DNA of 64,000 nt from a virus: positions 32,001 to 96,000 of the IMG/VR virus record IMGVR_UViG_3300020048_000044; one strand, given 5' to 3'. Positions 40,370 to 49,081 of the stretch are shown piece after piece. The position numbers were made by a program, and so were the translations under genes. Each line of letters opens with the position of its first letter. The first letter of the stretch is position 1. The notes under the pieces are model-generated. The model was not told where the DNA came from. It searched no databases and saw only the letters and a program-made list of their open reading frames with translations.

Positions 40370-40834
40370 ATGCGTATTAAAAAAATAATCCTAACCAAAG
40401 AAGATATAAAAAATTTAATGCTAAACAAAACTATTAGTATTGAACGTGAAGATGTTTGGAATGTGCCAAAATCCAGTATTGTTTATGGTGTTGGTTGTAA
40501 TGGTATGTTTGATAAGGTTGATTATCGTTGGGTTTATGGTGATACTGACCAATATATTACAGATAAAAAAAATGTTGGTAGACGTGCCGAAGACTATCCA
40601 AATAACGAAATAAGTTCACAAAGTGGGTGTTTATGGTGGGATTTTAACAAACACTATTCACCATTTAATAAAGTAGGTGAAACTGTTATCAATGGCAAAA
40701 AAAATCCTATCAAATTTAAAATAGAAAACATAATCATTGATAAACTAACTGATGTTGAATGTATTGATAGTTATAAGCAAAAACGTAGGTATCACAAAAT
40801 AATATTTAAAATTGATATAAAAATAATTGAATAA
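40370..40834 (+). CDS. hypothetical protein
   Basis: ATG after promoter. Confidence 0.75.
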   Translation: MRIKKIILTKEDIKNLMLNKTISIEREDVWNVPKSSIVYGVGCNGMFDKVDYRWVYGDTDQYITDKKNVGRRAEDYPNNEISSQSGCLWWDFNKHYSPFNKVGETVINGKKNPIKFKIENIIIDKLTDVECIDSYKQKRRYHKIIFKIDIKIIE

Positions 40835-40899
40835 AAGTTTGGAATTGTCATTTATTTGTTTTATCTTTGTCAAACAATAATCATTTAAAACTTTATACA

Positions 40900-41169
40900 A
40901 TGGGAATAGTAACTGATATGTTAATGGCAAAAGACCAAAATCCAAAAAATCGTTTTATGATTGGGGATAATCTATATGAATTTGAAACGATGCAACCCGA
41001 AATTAAAGAGGGTGATATTTTCACTACTGAAATTAAAATGTTTGTTTTAACTGCTGATTGTATTGATGAAACTTTAAAGGGTGTTAAATTTATTGAAGAC
41101 TTTGGTCACGATATGATTTGCCCATATAAAAAAGCAATTAAATTAAGATTCATAAAAACAATAAAATAA
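40900..41169 (+). CDS. hypothetical protein
   Basis: ATG after promoter. Confidence 0.75.
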   Translation: MGIVTDMLMAKDQNPKNRFMIGDNLYEFETMQPEIKEGDIFTTEIKMFVLTADCIDETLKGVKFIEDFGHDMICPYKKAIKLRFIKTIK

Positions 41170-41228
41170 ATTTGGAATTGTCATTTATTATGTTTATCTT
41201 TGTCTTATTAATTTAAAACTTGTCAATT

Positions 41229-41609
41229 ATGGTATATGAAATAAGAACATACAATTTAATAGGCACAACACTTTATACATATAAAGAAATGCCTAATCTT
41301 ATTGAAGTTAAACGCAATGGAAATTTTATATTCGTTGATAAAGATACTGATGAAGTACCATTTAGACCAATGAATTGGAGTTATTCAACTGAAAAGCCTT
41401 TAGGTGCTATTAATAGTAGAGTGGAATTTTTACCATATATTGCCGATGTTACAGAAGACCTACCAAGTCATTGTAAATTTGAACCAAAAACATATAAGAA
41501 ATGTTTATTAATGGCTGAAACACATGGTAGTTGTTTACAATTTTACCATGAAGAAAGTAAAGAAGTTTTAAGAATAGCTTTAAATTCACATACATATAAA
41601 CCCGTTTAA
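41229..41609 (+). CDS. hypothetical protein
   Basis: ATG after promoter. Confidence 0.75.
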   Translation: MVYEIRTYNLIGTTLYTYKEMPNLIEVKRNGNFIFVDKDTDEVPFRPMNWSYSTEKPLGAINSRVEFLPYIADVTEDLPSHCKFEPKTYKKCLLMAETHGSCLQFYHEESKEVLRIALNSHTYKPV

Positions 41610-41610
41610 A

Positions 41611-41826
41611 ATGGACTATACAAAAGTAACACATACAATCGAGGGTTATTTAGTTAAGGACTTAAGATTTAAACCAGTTGATAATATCATTGTCGGGTTA
41701 TGTAAAGACCCTATACACCCGATTGATTTACATAATGGATTCGTGGCGATGCAATGGACAAGACAAGGCAAACCGTTAAGGATAAATAAAGGTAGAACAG
41801 ATTTAATATTAAACTTCAATGAATAA
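41611..41826 (+). CDS. hypothetical protein
   Basis: ORF track. Confidence 0.7.
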   Translation: MDYTKVTHTIEGYLVKDLRFKPVDNIIVGLCKDPIHPIDLHNGFVAMQWTRQGKPLRINKGRTDLILNFNE

Positions 41827-42001
41827 AGAAATAGAATTTTCTGATGAAATTGATTTAGCACCTATTGGTGTTATTTTATGGAAATCTACATTCTTTAAAC
41901 CCGTTAAAGGAATTTATTTGGATTTGGAAGAGGGTAGTGACAAACATCTCGATGCAATACTTGACGGAACACTTGAAAATTATTTAAAGTTTTTTGAATA
42001 A
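41819..42001 (+). CDS. hypothetical protein
   Basis: ORF track. Confidence 0.65.
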   Translation: MNKEIEFSDEIDLAPIGVILWKSTFFKPVKGIYLDLEEGSDKHLDAILDGTLENYLKFFE

Positions 42002-42060
42002 TTATTTGGTATTGTCATTTATTTATATTATCTTTGTCTTATCAAATTAAACTAAACTAT

Positions 42061-42504
42061 ATGAAAATAGATATTACACCAATTATCGAACTTGGCGAGG
42101 GAACAAACAGAATAGCAATTGATATGAGAAATATTAGTGGTTTATATGTTTTCAGACTTGCAAACGGAAAAGATTATACAACCCTATTCAGTCCTAAAGA
42201 ACTTGAAGAATTTCAACCAAGTAAGAACGTTTCTGAAATGATTAAAGAATGGGAAGACAATATCAAAAGAAGACACGAAACGTGTGTTAAATGTATTGAA
42301 ACTGGGTTACACCATACAAATACAACAATACATAAAGTAATGAAAAATATTTCATTGCCTAATGGACAAATAATAGAAATGCCAACGGGTGAAACAGAAA
42401 TAAGACCCGTAGTATTAAGAAAAGATTGGATTGATTCATATAAAAATGAAGCTAGAGAATTGGCTGAACAATTTGGTAAAATAAGTTTCATAAAAATTTG
42501 TTAA
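42061..42504 (+). CDS. hypothetical protein
   Basis: ATG after promoter. Confidence 0.75.
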   Translation: MKIDITPIIELGEGTNRIAIDMRNISGLYVFRLANGKDYTTLFSPKELEEFQPSKNVSEMIKEWEDNIKRRHETCVKCIETGLHHTNTTIHKVMKNISLPNGQIIEMPTGETEIRPVVLRKDWIDSYKNEARELAEQFGKISFIKIC

Positions 42505-42551
42505 TCTCAATGATTTGTATTATCTTTGTTAAACAATTAAAATAAACGATT

Positions 42552-42779
42552 ATGAGTGATAAAATAAGAATAACTGATTTTAATTTTGTGTTTAGTGGAT
42601 ATGGACATTATAAAGTAACGTATGTTAATCCATTAAATAGTAAATCATATTATTGCACAACTTCAAATATGCAATTAATTGATTTAACAAAAAATGCTGA
42701 ACACCCTAAAAGAATACATTTAGAACAGTTAAAAAAATTGTGTAAAAATAATTTTAAACAACTTGGTTACAAATGGTAA
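42552..42779 (+). CDS. hypothetical protein
   Basis: ORF after promoter. Confidence 0.75.
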   Translation: MSDKIRITDFNFVFSGYGHYKVTYVNPLNSKSYYCTTSNMQLIDLTKNAEHPKRIHLEQLKKLCKNNFKQLGYKW

Positions 42780-42850
42780 AATAAGTTGAATAAAATTTGT
42801 TAATCTCAATATAAATTCTTATCTTTGTCAAACAATTAAATTAAACGATT

Positions 42851-43036
42851 ATGGGTAAAGAAAAATTAACTATCAATATTAAAATAAGTGGTAGTGGAAC
42901 GCCAAATGAAGTAATTAAATCATTAGAGGGTTTAATCGAATCAATAAAAGAAACCAATAAGGGCAAAGATAAAATTGCTATTTTTGATGGTGCTGAATGG
43001 GAAGACGAAACTTTAATAACCGAAATAAATTGTTAG
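42851..43036 (+). CDS. hypothetical protein
   Basis: ORF after promoter. Confidence 0.7.
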   Translation: MGKEKLTINIKISGSGTPNEVIKSLEGLIESIKETNKGKDKIAIFDGAEWEDETLITEINC

Positions 43037-43190
43037 ATTATGGTAGACTATTTTAAAGAAAATAGAATTTCAGATACACATTCACAACCACTCGAATATA
43101 AAGACGGGAAACAAAAAAGGCGTGAACGTAGAGCCAAAAAACGCAAGGCAAAAGAATTAATGAATTACGTAATTAATAACTCTTAAACCT

Positions 43191-43406
43191 ATGGAAATTA
43201 AAATTATAAATAGGAAAAAAAATAAAAGTCTTTATTTTTGTGATTATAATCCTTTGTTAGACGAAGCTATTAATAATTTCAAATCAGCAAAAACCGTAAA
43301 GGTAATAAATGGTATTTGTTATATTAGTTTTGTTTCACTTGGTTATTTCACTGAAATTTTATCTAAAAATAATATAAGTTTCACAATAATAACAACTTTA
43401 AATTAA
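43191..43406 (+). CDS. hypothetical protein
   Basis: ORF track. Confidence 0.6.
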   Translation: MEIKIINRKKNKSLYFCDYNPLLDEAINNFKSAKTVKVINGICYISFVSLGYFTEILSKNNISFTIITTLN

Positions 43407-43412
43407 TAACTT

Positions 43413-43607
43413 ATGTATTCTGAAATATATTATAAACAAATGCAAAATTGGGCATTTACAAAAAATGGTGGTGAATATCCACAATATTCAATACACGGAT
43501 TGAGATATAGAAGTGAATATACATTAAAACAAGTATCACAAATGAAAATAGGAGATACGATTGTTGTTAATGGTTCGCAAATAAAACGTATAAAAGATAG
43601 AGAATAA
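43413..43607 (+). CDS. hypothetical protein
   Basis: ORF track. Confidence 0.65.
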   Translation: MYSEIYYKQMQNWAFTKNGGEYPQYSIHGLRYRSEYTLKQVSQMKIGDTIVVNGSQIKRIKDRE

Positions 43608-43643
43608 TTTGCTTTTCTTAATATAATTTCGTACCTTTGTATT

Positions 43644-43913
43644 ATGGAATTTATATTATTAGAAGTTAATTCACCAAGTTGGAATTATATATGGGATTTT
43701 GTTGAAAATCATCCAATAAATGACGGTATTGAATTACCAAAGTCTGCTTTAAATAATGGTTATCAATGGGAATATATGGGCAGTTATAAACAAGGTAATA
43801 ATGTTATTAGTAAAATAATACATAAATCACACCCGAAAACCCAAGAACTATACACTATCAATATTTCACACGAAATAACACAAGAACAAATAACTAAATC
43901 AATTAAAATATAA
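43644..43913 (+). CDS. leaderless hypothetical protein
   Basis: ATG 5 nt after TACCTTTG. Confidence 0.7.
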   Translation: MEFILLEVNSPSWNYIWDFVENHPINDGIELPKSALNNGYQWEYMGSYKQGNNVISKIIHKSHPKTQELYTINISHEITQEQITKSIKI

Positions 43914-43919
43914 AACACT

Positions 43920-44105
43920 ATGAAATTCTTAGGACTTTTTTCTTTTATTATCTTTATCCTTTGCCTAGTAGGTGAAGTGAAATGTTGCTACAAAGCATAT
44001 AATTGCAATTGGGAACCAATTGGTAAGGCTGAGGTAATTTACACGGCTTCAGCTTGTTGTGGTTTAGGTTCAATTGTCGGTTGGTTTAATATCGAAGATA
44101 AATAA
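43920..44105 (+). CDS. small membrane protein
   Basis: hydrophobic; CNWEPIGKAEVIY. Confidence 0.7.
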   Translation: MKFLGLFSFIIFILCLVGEVKCCYKAYNCNWEPIGKAEVIYTASACCGLGSIVGWFNIEDK

Positions 44106-44166
44106 AAATAATTGAAAATAAATTTGGTAGTGTCATTTATTATTACTACCTTTGTATTGTTAAAAT

Positions 44167-44271
44167 AATTAACCCAAAGTAACGGATACCAAACCGCCAT
44201 TCGCCACTCGTTGCACGTATGCAAAACTCGGCACTCAAGGCATTATAAATGGAACGTGAAATGGGTTAATT
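44167..44271 (+). ncRNA. stem-enclosed small RNA candidate
   Basis: AATTAACCCA/TGGGTTAATT closing stem just after promoter 44147; C-rich interior. Confidence 0.4.
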
Positions 44272-44278
44272 TTAAAGA

Positions 44279-44352
44279 AGCTTATTAGTTCAATTGGTAG
44301 AACGCTAGAGCCGAAACTCTGGATGTTACGGGTTCGAATCCCGTATAAGTTT
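44279..44352 (+). tRNA. tRNA with non-canonical 8-nt anticodon loop (GCCGAAAC); identity uncertain
   Basis: AGCTTAT/ATAAGTT acceptor, GTTC-AATTGGTA-GAAC D-arm, ACGGG-TTCGAAT-CCCGT T-arm. Confidence 0.8.
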
Positions 44353-44398
44353 CAACAAATGTTTTTTCATTGCATTTGTTATTCTGTATTTTAATGTT

Positions 44399-44431
44399 AA
44401 AAACCCCATCTAGCTAATGGGGTTTTTTTTA
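44399..44431 (+). terminator. intrinsic terminator
   Basis: AAAACCCCAT/ATGGGGTTTT stem plus T-run. Confidence 0.85.
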
Positions 44432-44596
44432 TTGCCCTATGTACACAAATGTGTATATGCACCTCGCATTTTAGGTCGTGGCTGATAGTTTGTCTATCTC
44501 ACGGGAGAAAGTGTCTTAGAACGCATTAAAATAAGTCAGTGATATATGTTTGAGGTGGTGGAAACATACGGACATAAAAAAACCCCTATTAAGGGG

Positions 44597-44890
44597 TTAA
44601 AATTCTTTAACAAGTGTATAATCTTTATGTGTTTTAAAACGCTCACTCCATTCTCTAGGTTCGTCTAGTATGGTCATACCACAAATACTTTTCATATCCT
44701 CAATAGTATAAGATATTTCTAAACCAAAACGATTGAAGTAATGTGTTGAAAATAAAACGGGAATCATACCAACACCATAAACATACTTTTGTAAATGAAA
44801 TAAACGTAAATGTGTAGCACCCAATTTTTTCGCTTCTAAATCATAATTAGATTTAGTTTCATTTTCTAACAATAATTTTCTAGTTGCCAT
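44597..44890 (-). CDS. hypothetical protein
   Basis: ORF track. Confidence 0.7.
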   Translation of the reverse strand: MATRKLLLENETKSNYDLEAKKLGATHLRLFHLQKYVYGVGMIPVLFSTHYFNRFGLEISYTIEDMKSICGMTILDEPREWSERFKTHKDYTLVKEF

Positions 44891-44900
44891 ATATTAAAAA

Positions 44901-45068
44901 TTAATTACGTGTATAAATTAATCCATCAAATTTGCATTTAAGACGTTTTTTAATTGAACCGTCTTTTTTCAAATAATCGGTTGCTTCAAAGTCTTTGTAA
45001 TGGGTTGCACCCTCGCCAAATTTAATTTCGCTTTGTGTTGGTTTGCGTGAATATTCTAATTTTTTCAT
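44901..45068 (-). CDS. small hypothetical protein (55 aa)
   Basis: MKKLEYSRKPTQSEIKFGEGATHY..; leader AAAAAACCTTATT as in neighbouring genes. Confidence 0.7.
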   Translation of the reverse strand: MKKLEYSRKPTQSEIKFGEGATHYKDFEATDYLKKDGSIKKRLKCKFDGLIYTRN

Positions 45069-45198
45069 AATAAGGTTTTTTAATTAACTTTTAATAGTGC
45101 ATTTAATTTGCCCGTTTTCGTTACGAATATTAATATTTGAAGTTGGTATATTGTTTTTTAATTTACCAATATTTTGTAAATGACAAACTAATATATTA

Positions 45199-45705
45199 GT
45201 TATATCCAATTTAAGAAACGATTATACATTCCTCATCGTAATCATTAGTTGTAAACTCAATACACGATGATTTTTTAATCATTTCTATTGCTTTTGCTAT
45301 ATTTTTTGAGTGTTCAATAGCCATTTTCTTTTTTTCTAATTCAATTCCAGAATAATAATCTTTCCACGCTTTCCTGTCTTTTGAACACTCATAGCAGAAT
45401 AAATCATTATAATCATCTTCATTCCCTCTTTTTGATTCATAATGTTCGACAATTAAATAATATCCTTTTATTTCTTTCTTACACGTTTTACAAATCATAG
45501 AACCGCACTTGCACGATTCTGAATTTGTTATTTGAGTTGATGTTCCGTATTTTCCCATAATTAAATAAAAACTGGCTATAACCAGTGGTATAGTTAATTG
45601 CCGTGTTTGTACTAATTTGAAGCGTTACCACCCGCTTGTAATTCTGTGTATTTTGATATGGAAGTAGCCCGCATTAGGCAACTAACCATACCACCAACGT
45701 TATTT
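45199..45705 (-). mobile_element. attC-like cassette carrying ORF 45211-45558
   Basis: hairpin element 45574-45705; flanking boxes GTTATAGCC and GGATATAAC (8/9 complementary) on - strand. Confidence 0.6.
45211..45558 (-). CDS. cassette-borne Cys-rich protein
   Basis: CKCG..CKTC..CYEC. Confidence 0.7.
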   Translation of the reverse strand: MGKYGTSTQITNSESCKCGSMICKTCKKEIKGYYLIVEHYESKRGNEDDYNDLFCYECSKDRKAWKDYYSGIELEKKKMAIEHSKNIAKAIEMIKKSSCIEFTTNDYDEECIIVS

Positions 45706-45750
45706 CACTTTGTTCTAATTCTATTGTTATTGATTCCTTCATATAGGTTT

Positions 45751-45960
45751 TTATTTAGTTAGTTTAGTATATGCAAAGATATTGAATGATAATATAGAAA
45801 CACAAATACCAATATAAAGCATTGGGATTGCGTGTAAAGGTGTTTCTTTTTGAAACGATACAATGAGAGCAGCTAATAAGATTAAACCACTCAGACCACT
45901 TGAAACGGCTAAATAAACCATAGCTACAAATTCAAAGATGTTTTTGATTACTTTTTTCAT
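45751..45960 (-). CDS. small membrane protein
   Basis: after reverse promoter; two TM segments. Confidence 0.7.
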   Translation of the reverse strand: MKKVIKNIFEFVAMVYLAVSSGLSGLILLAALIVSFQKETPLHAIPMLYIGICVSILSFNIFAYTKLTK

Positions 45961-46179
45961 ATCAGTTTGTTTTTAGTTGATTAATTGATAAGGCAAAGAT
46001 AGATATAATATTTTACAATTCCAAACTTTTTATTAAAATAATTTATTTTATTTTTAAATTGGTTGAATATCAATGTTTTAAAAAATAAATGAAAAAAAGT
46101 TGCCCAGGAATTTGGTAATTACAAAAACATTTTCTATCTTTGCCCTATCAATTTAATTAACCAACTAAAAAACCTTATT

Positions 46180-46998
46180 ATGAAAACATTAATTAACGAA
46201 ACAGTATTAGCAAATTTTGAAACAACAACAAAAGAAGTATTAGCTAAAAAATTAAATGTATCAGTAAGAAGTATTGTAGCTACATTTTCATCACTAAAAA
46301 GACGTAAATTAATACCAACAAATAAACATTTATTAAGTAGTTTAACTATTGAAACTCCAAAAATTGAAATTAAAGCAAAAGAAAAATTTCAAAATGTTAA
46401 AGGTGAAAAAAAACAAGTTGCTAGAGATTTAATGGTTAAATCAATTGTTCAAAGTGAAATTTCAAAAGGAACAATTTTAACACTGCCTTTTATACATTGT
46501 AAAATTGAACAACAATTGATTAACATTGTAGGTAAAAAATACAACTTTTTAGGATGCGAAAACGACCCAATTGTTTATAATCAAATGCTTATGACAATTG
46601 CACAAAATAACCTACCAATTAGCACCCATAAAGGCAATATAAAAGATAAAATAAATATTGCAAATGAAAATGAATACTCACATTTAATATTAGATTATTG
46701 CGGTCAACTAGGAACAACACACGAAGAGATTAAAACAGCAATTGAAAATAATATTGTTCAAGTTGGGGGCGTTATTGCAATAACATTAAATAAAAGAATA
46801 ACTCCAAATACAGAATTTATTTATGAATTAATGGAAAAATTAAATCCACGAACAAAAGAAGACGAGGATACAAGGTGTGAACACGCTTTAAGAACTTTTA
46901 TAAACCGTATCGGTGGGTTAAATTATGCTATTGAATCAGTTTTAAATTATCACGATACTACAAGTATGATTTTAATGATAGTTAGACGAATAAATTAA
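46180..46998 (+). CDS. N-terminal HTH plus possible SAM-methyltransferase-like domain
   Basis: LAKKLNVSVRSIV; FLGCEND; LILDYCG. Confidence 0.5.
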   Translation: MKTLINETVLANFETTTKEVLAKKLNVSVRSIVATFSSLKRRKLIPTNKHLLSSLTIETPKIEIKAKEKFQNVKGEKKQVARDLMVKSIVQSEISKGTILTLPFIHCKIEQQLINIVGKKYNFLGCENDPIVYNQMLMTIAQNNLPISTHKGNIKDKINIANENEYSHLILDYCGQLGTTHEEIKTAIENNIVQVGGVIAITLNKRITPNTEFIYELMEKLNPRTKEDEDTRCEHALRTFINRIGGLNYAIESVLNYHDTTSMILMIVRRIN

Positions 46999-47092
46999 TT
47001 TTAAAAATAAATGACAATTTATTTGGAATTGTCATTTATATTTTCTATCTTTGCCTTATCAATTTAAAACAAACCAACTAAAAAACCTTATT

Positions 47093-47260
47093 ATGATTGC
47101 TTTAATTAATACCTCAATCAACTACAAAGCAGAAGCCGAAAAAATTTCAGCTACATTCAATTATTATCAATGGTTAATAGATGCCAAAAAAGAATGCCGA
47201 ATAGATTTAACCCTAATCGAATTGTGGAAAAAAATAACCGTTAATTTACCACAAAAATAA
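47093..47260 (+). CDS. hypothetical protein
   Basis: ATG after promoter leader. Confidence 0.6.
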   Translation: MIALINTSINYKAEAEKISATFNYYQWLIDAKKECRIDLTLIELWKKITVNLPQK

Positions 47261-47314
47261 TTTGAAAAAAAACCACAATTTATTTGGAATTGTGGTTTTT
47301 TTGTTTTATCTTTG

Positions 47315-47388
47315 TTGTGTTGATAATGACAACGGGCTGAGCTGAAAACTTAGAAGAGTAGACTCGCTAGTACCTTATATTTTTTTTA
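47315..47388 (+). ncRNA. small RNA family copy A
   Basis: promoter 47307, no ORF, three hairpins, ends TACCTTATATTTTTTTT. Confidence 0.6.
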
Positions 47389-47498
47389 TTTAGATAAATT
47401 ATAAATAACAAAATAATTGAAAATAAATTTGGATATATCAAATTTTTGTTTTATCTTTGTCTTATCAATTTAACATTAACCAACTAAAAAACCTTATT

Positions 47499-48056
47499 AT
47501 GAAAAACTTAATCCAAACAAACCAAAAAATTGAAGTTGCTAACTATCCATACGGTTATACATTAAAAACAATTTTATTTGATACTATGGAGTTTAATGCA
47601 AAAAAAGGTTATAGACATATAACACAAACAATAAACCCAAAAAATGGTAGGTTAAACGCTGAAAAAAAATCTACTTATGCACCTTTAAAAGTTAGATTTT
47701 TTGATGAAAACGGACATATTAAGGTTATTGTTTTTGATTTTAACGGTGGCAAAGCTATTAACAAAGCAATGAATTTTATTAATGAAAACTTTGAACTTTT
47801 CACAACTAAAGAAATAGAGTATTTTTATTATTTAGCCTTCTCAATGCTTAAATGTGATGTTATGGCGTTGATTCAATACGCTGGTATGAAGTTTGACGAT
47901 TTAAAACCAATCTATAATGAAATTTCAAACAAAATGATTGAGGGAATAAAAAACCCTACATTAAATAATTTTAATGTTAATTTAGATGTTGAAAAAATTG
48001 ATAGTTTGAGAGATGTAAATTATCAACCTTTTAAAATTGTTGAATACAATTATTAA
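47499..48056 (+). CDS. hypothetical protein
   Basis: YPYG..L.T...G.R...QT.NPK.G. Confidence 0.75.
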   Translation: MKNLIQTNQKIEVANYPYGYTLKTILFDTMEFNAKKGYRHITQTINPKNGRLNAEKKSTYAPLKVRFFDENGHIKVIVFDFNGGKAINKAMNFINENFELFTTKEIEYFYYLAFSMLKCDVMALIQYAGMKFDDLKPIYNEISNKMIEGIKNPTLNNFNVNLDVEKIDSLRDVNYQPFKIVEYNY

Positions 48057-48175
48057 AATAATAATAAATAAAAAAACCACAATTCTAAATTGTGGTTTTT
48101 TTATTTAATCATATACACAATTGTGTATATCATCTAATAAAATTCAATAATTAGATACTTAAAAGATATTTATTT

Positions 48176-48250
48176 TTATTCTGACATAAAAAAAAGTCCC
48201 GTAGGACTTTTTATTCTGATATAAAAAAAAATCCCGTAGGACTTTTTTAT
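48176..48250 (-). terminator. tandemly duplicated terminator (~37-bp unit)
   Basis: TTATTCTGAyATAAAAAAAArTCCCGTAGGACTTTT twice. Confidence 0.75.
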
Positions 48251-48480
48251 TTAATCATTTTGTTTAATTCCAGTTTAATTCTTTTTGCAGTTTCACCACG
48301 CCACGAACTAGCATTCGATAAAAAATACAAAATAATACTTTTGCCTGTATCTAAACCGTATTTATCATTTACATTTGATAGCGTTTGCATAGCTTGTAAA
48401 TAAGGAACAGCCCCAAAATTTACTTTTTTCCAATCTGTTTTTATTTCATTTGCAATTACATTTAATTTTCTCTTTTCCAT
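48247..48480 (-). CDS. conserved phage hypothetical protein
   Basis: W..V..GAVPYL.AM...YG.D...YFLSNA..WRGE. Confidence 0.75.
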   Translation of the reverse strand: MEKRKLNVIANEIKTDWKKVNFGAVPYLQAMQTLSNVNDKYGLDTGKSIILYFLSNASSWRGETAKRIKLELNKMIK

Positions 48481-48699
48481 ATTAATTTTTTTAGTTGGTT
48501 TATAATAAATTGACACCACAAAGATAAAACAAATTTTTGATAAAAACAAATTTTTTTATCTTTTTTTATTATGGGTAAAATATTTGTTTATTTATAATGT
48601 TTATAAATAAGAAATTATTTAAAATAATTGTTTGTATATTCAAATTTTATTTCTATATTTGCATATCAATTTATTATAAACCAACTAAAATTTTAAATT

Positions 48700-48981
48700 A
48701 TGAGCTTTTTTAAAAAAATAGATTTTATAAACCAACAACTAAAAGTTAACAGTTTAACTTTAATTGCAGATTTTTTTCTTACTAATGTAAAAACTTGCAA
48801 AGTGGTTGAAATAGACGTAAATACAGAAAATAACACTAATACGTGGCTAATTAAATTAGAAGCAATTGGATTAGTTAAAAACGTTTCAATTGTTAATTTT
48901 GAATTATCAGAAATAGACGAAGCAAACAAATTTTTAATTCAAAATTATATTAATAAAACACTAGCTAATTATTTAGAATAA
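48700..48981 (+). CDS. hypothetical protein
   Basis: ORF after promoter. Confidence 0.6.
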   Translation: MSFFKKIDFINQQLKVNSLTLIADFFLTNVKTCKVVEIDVNTENNTNTWLIKLEAIGLVKNVSIVNFELSEIDEANKFLIQNYINKTLANYLE

Positions 48982-49081
48982 TTCTAAATAACAATTATTT
49001 TAAAATAATTGTTTGTATATCCAAAAATTAATTGTATCTTTGCCTTATCAAATTAACACAAACCAACTAAAAATCTTTATT

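Larger units (their letters stand above)
28851..48130. repeat. dispersed palindrome TACACAAWWGTGTA (5 copies)
   Basis: 28851-28864, 29143-29160, 29528-29541, 44442-44455, 48111-48130. Confidence 0.85.

Noticed and set aside
44353-44400. Theta/HDV-like ribozyme after the tRNA
   Set aside because: The downstream sequence is a simple AT-rich hairpin with no nested pseudoknot.
47315-47388. Hammerhead ribozyme
   Set aside because: CUGA and GAAA are present but not in the CUGANGA/stem II/GAAA core arrangement.
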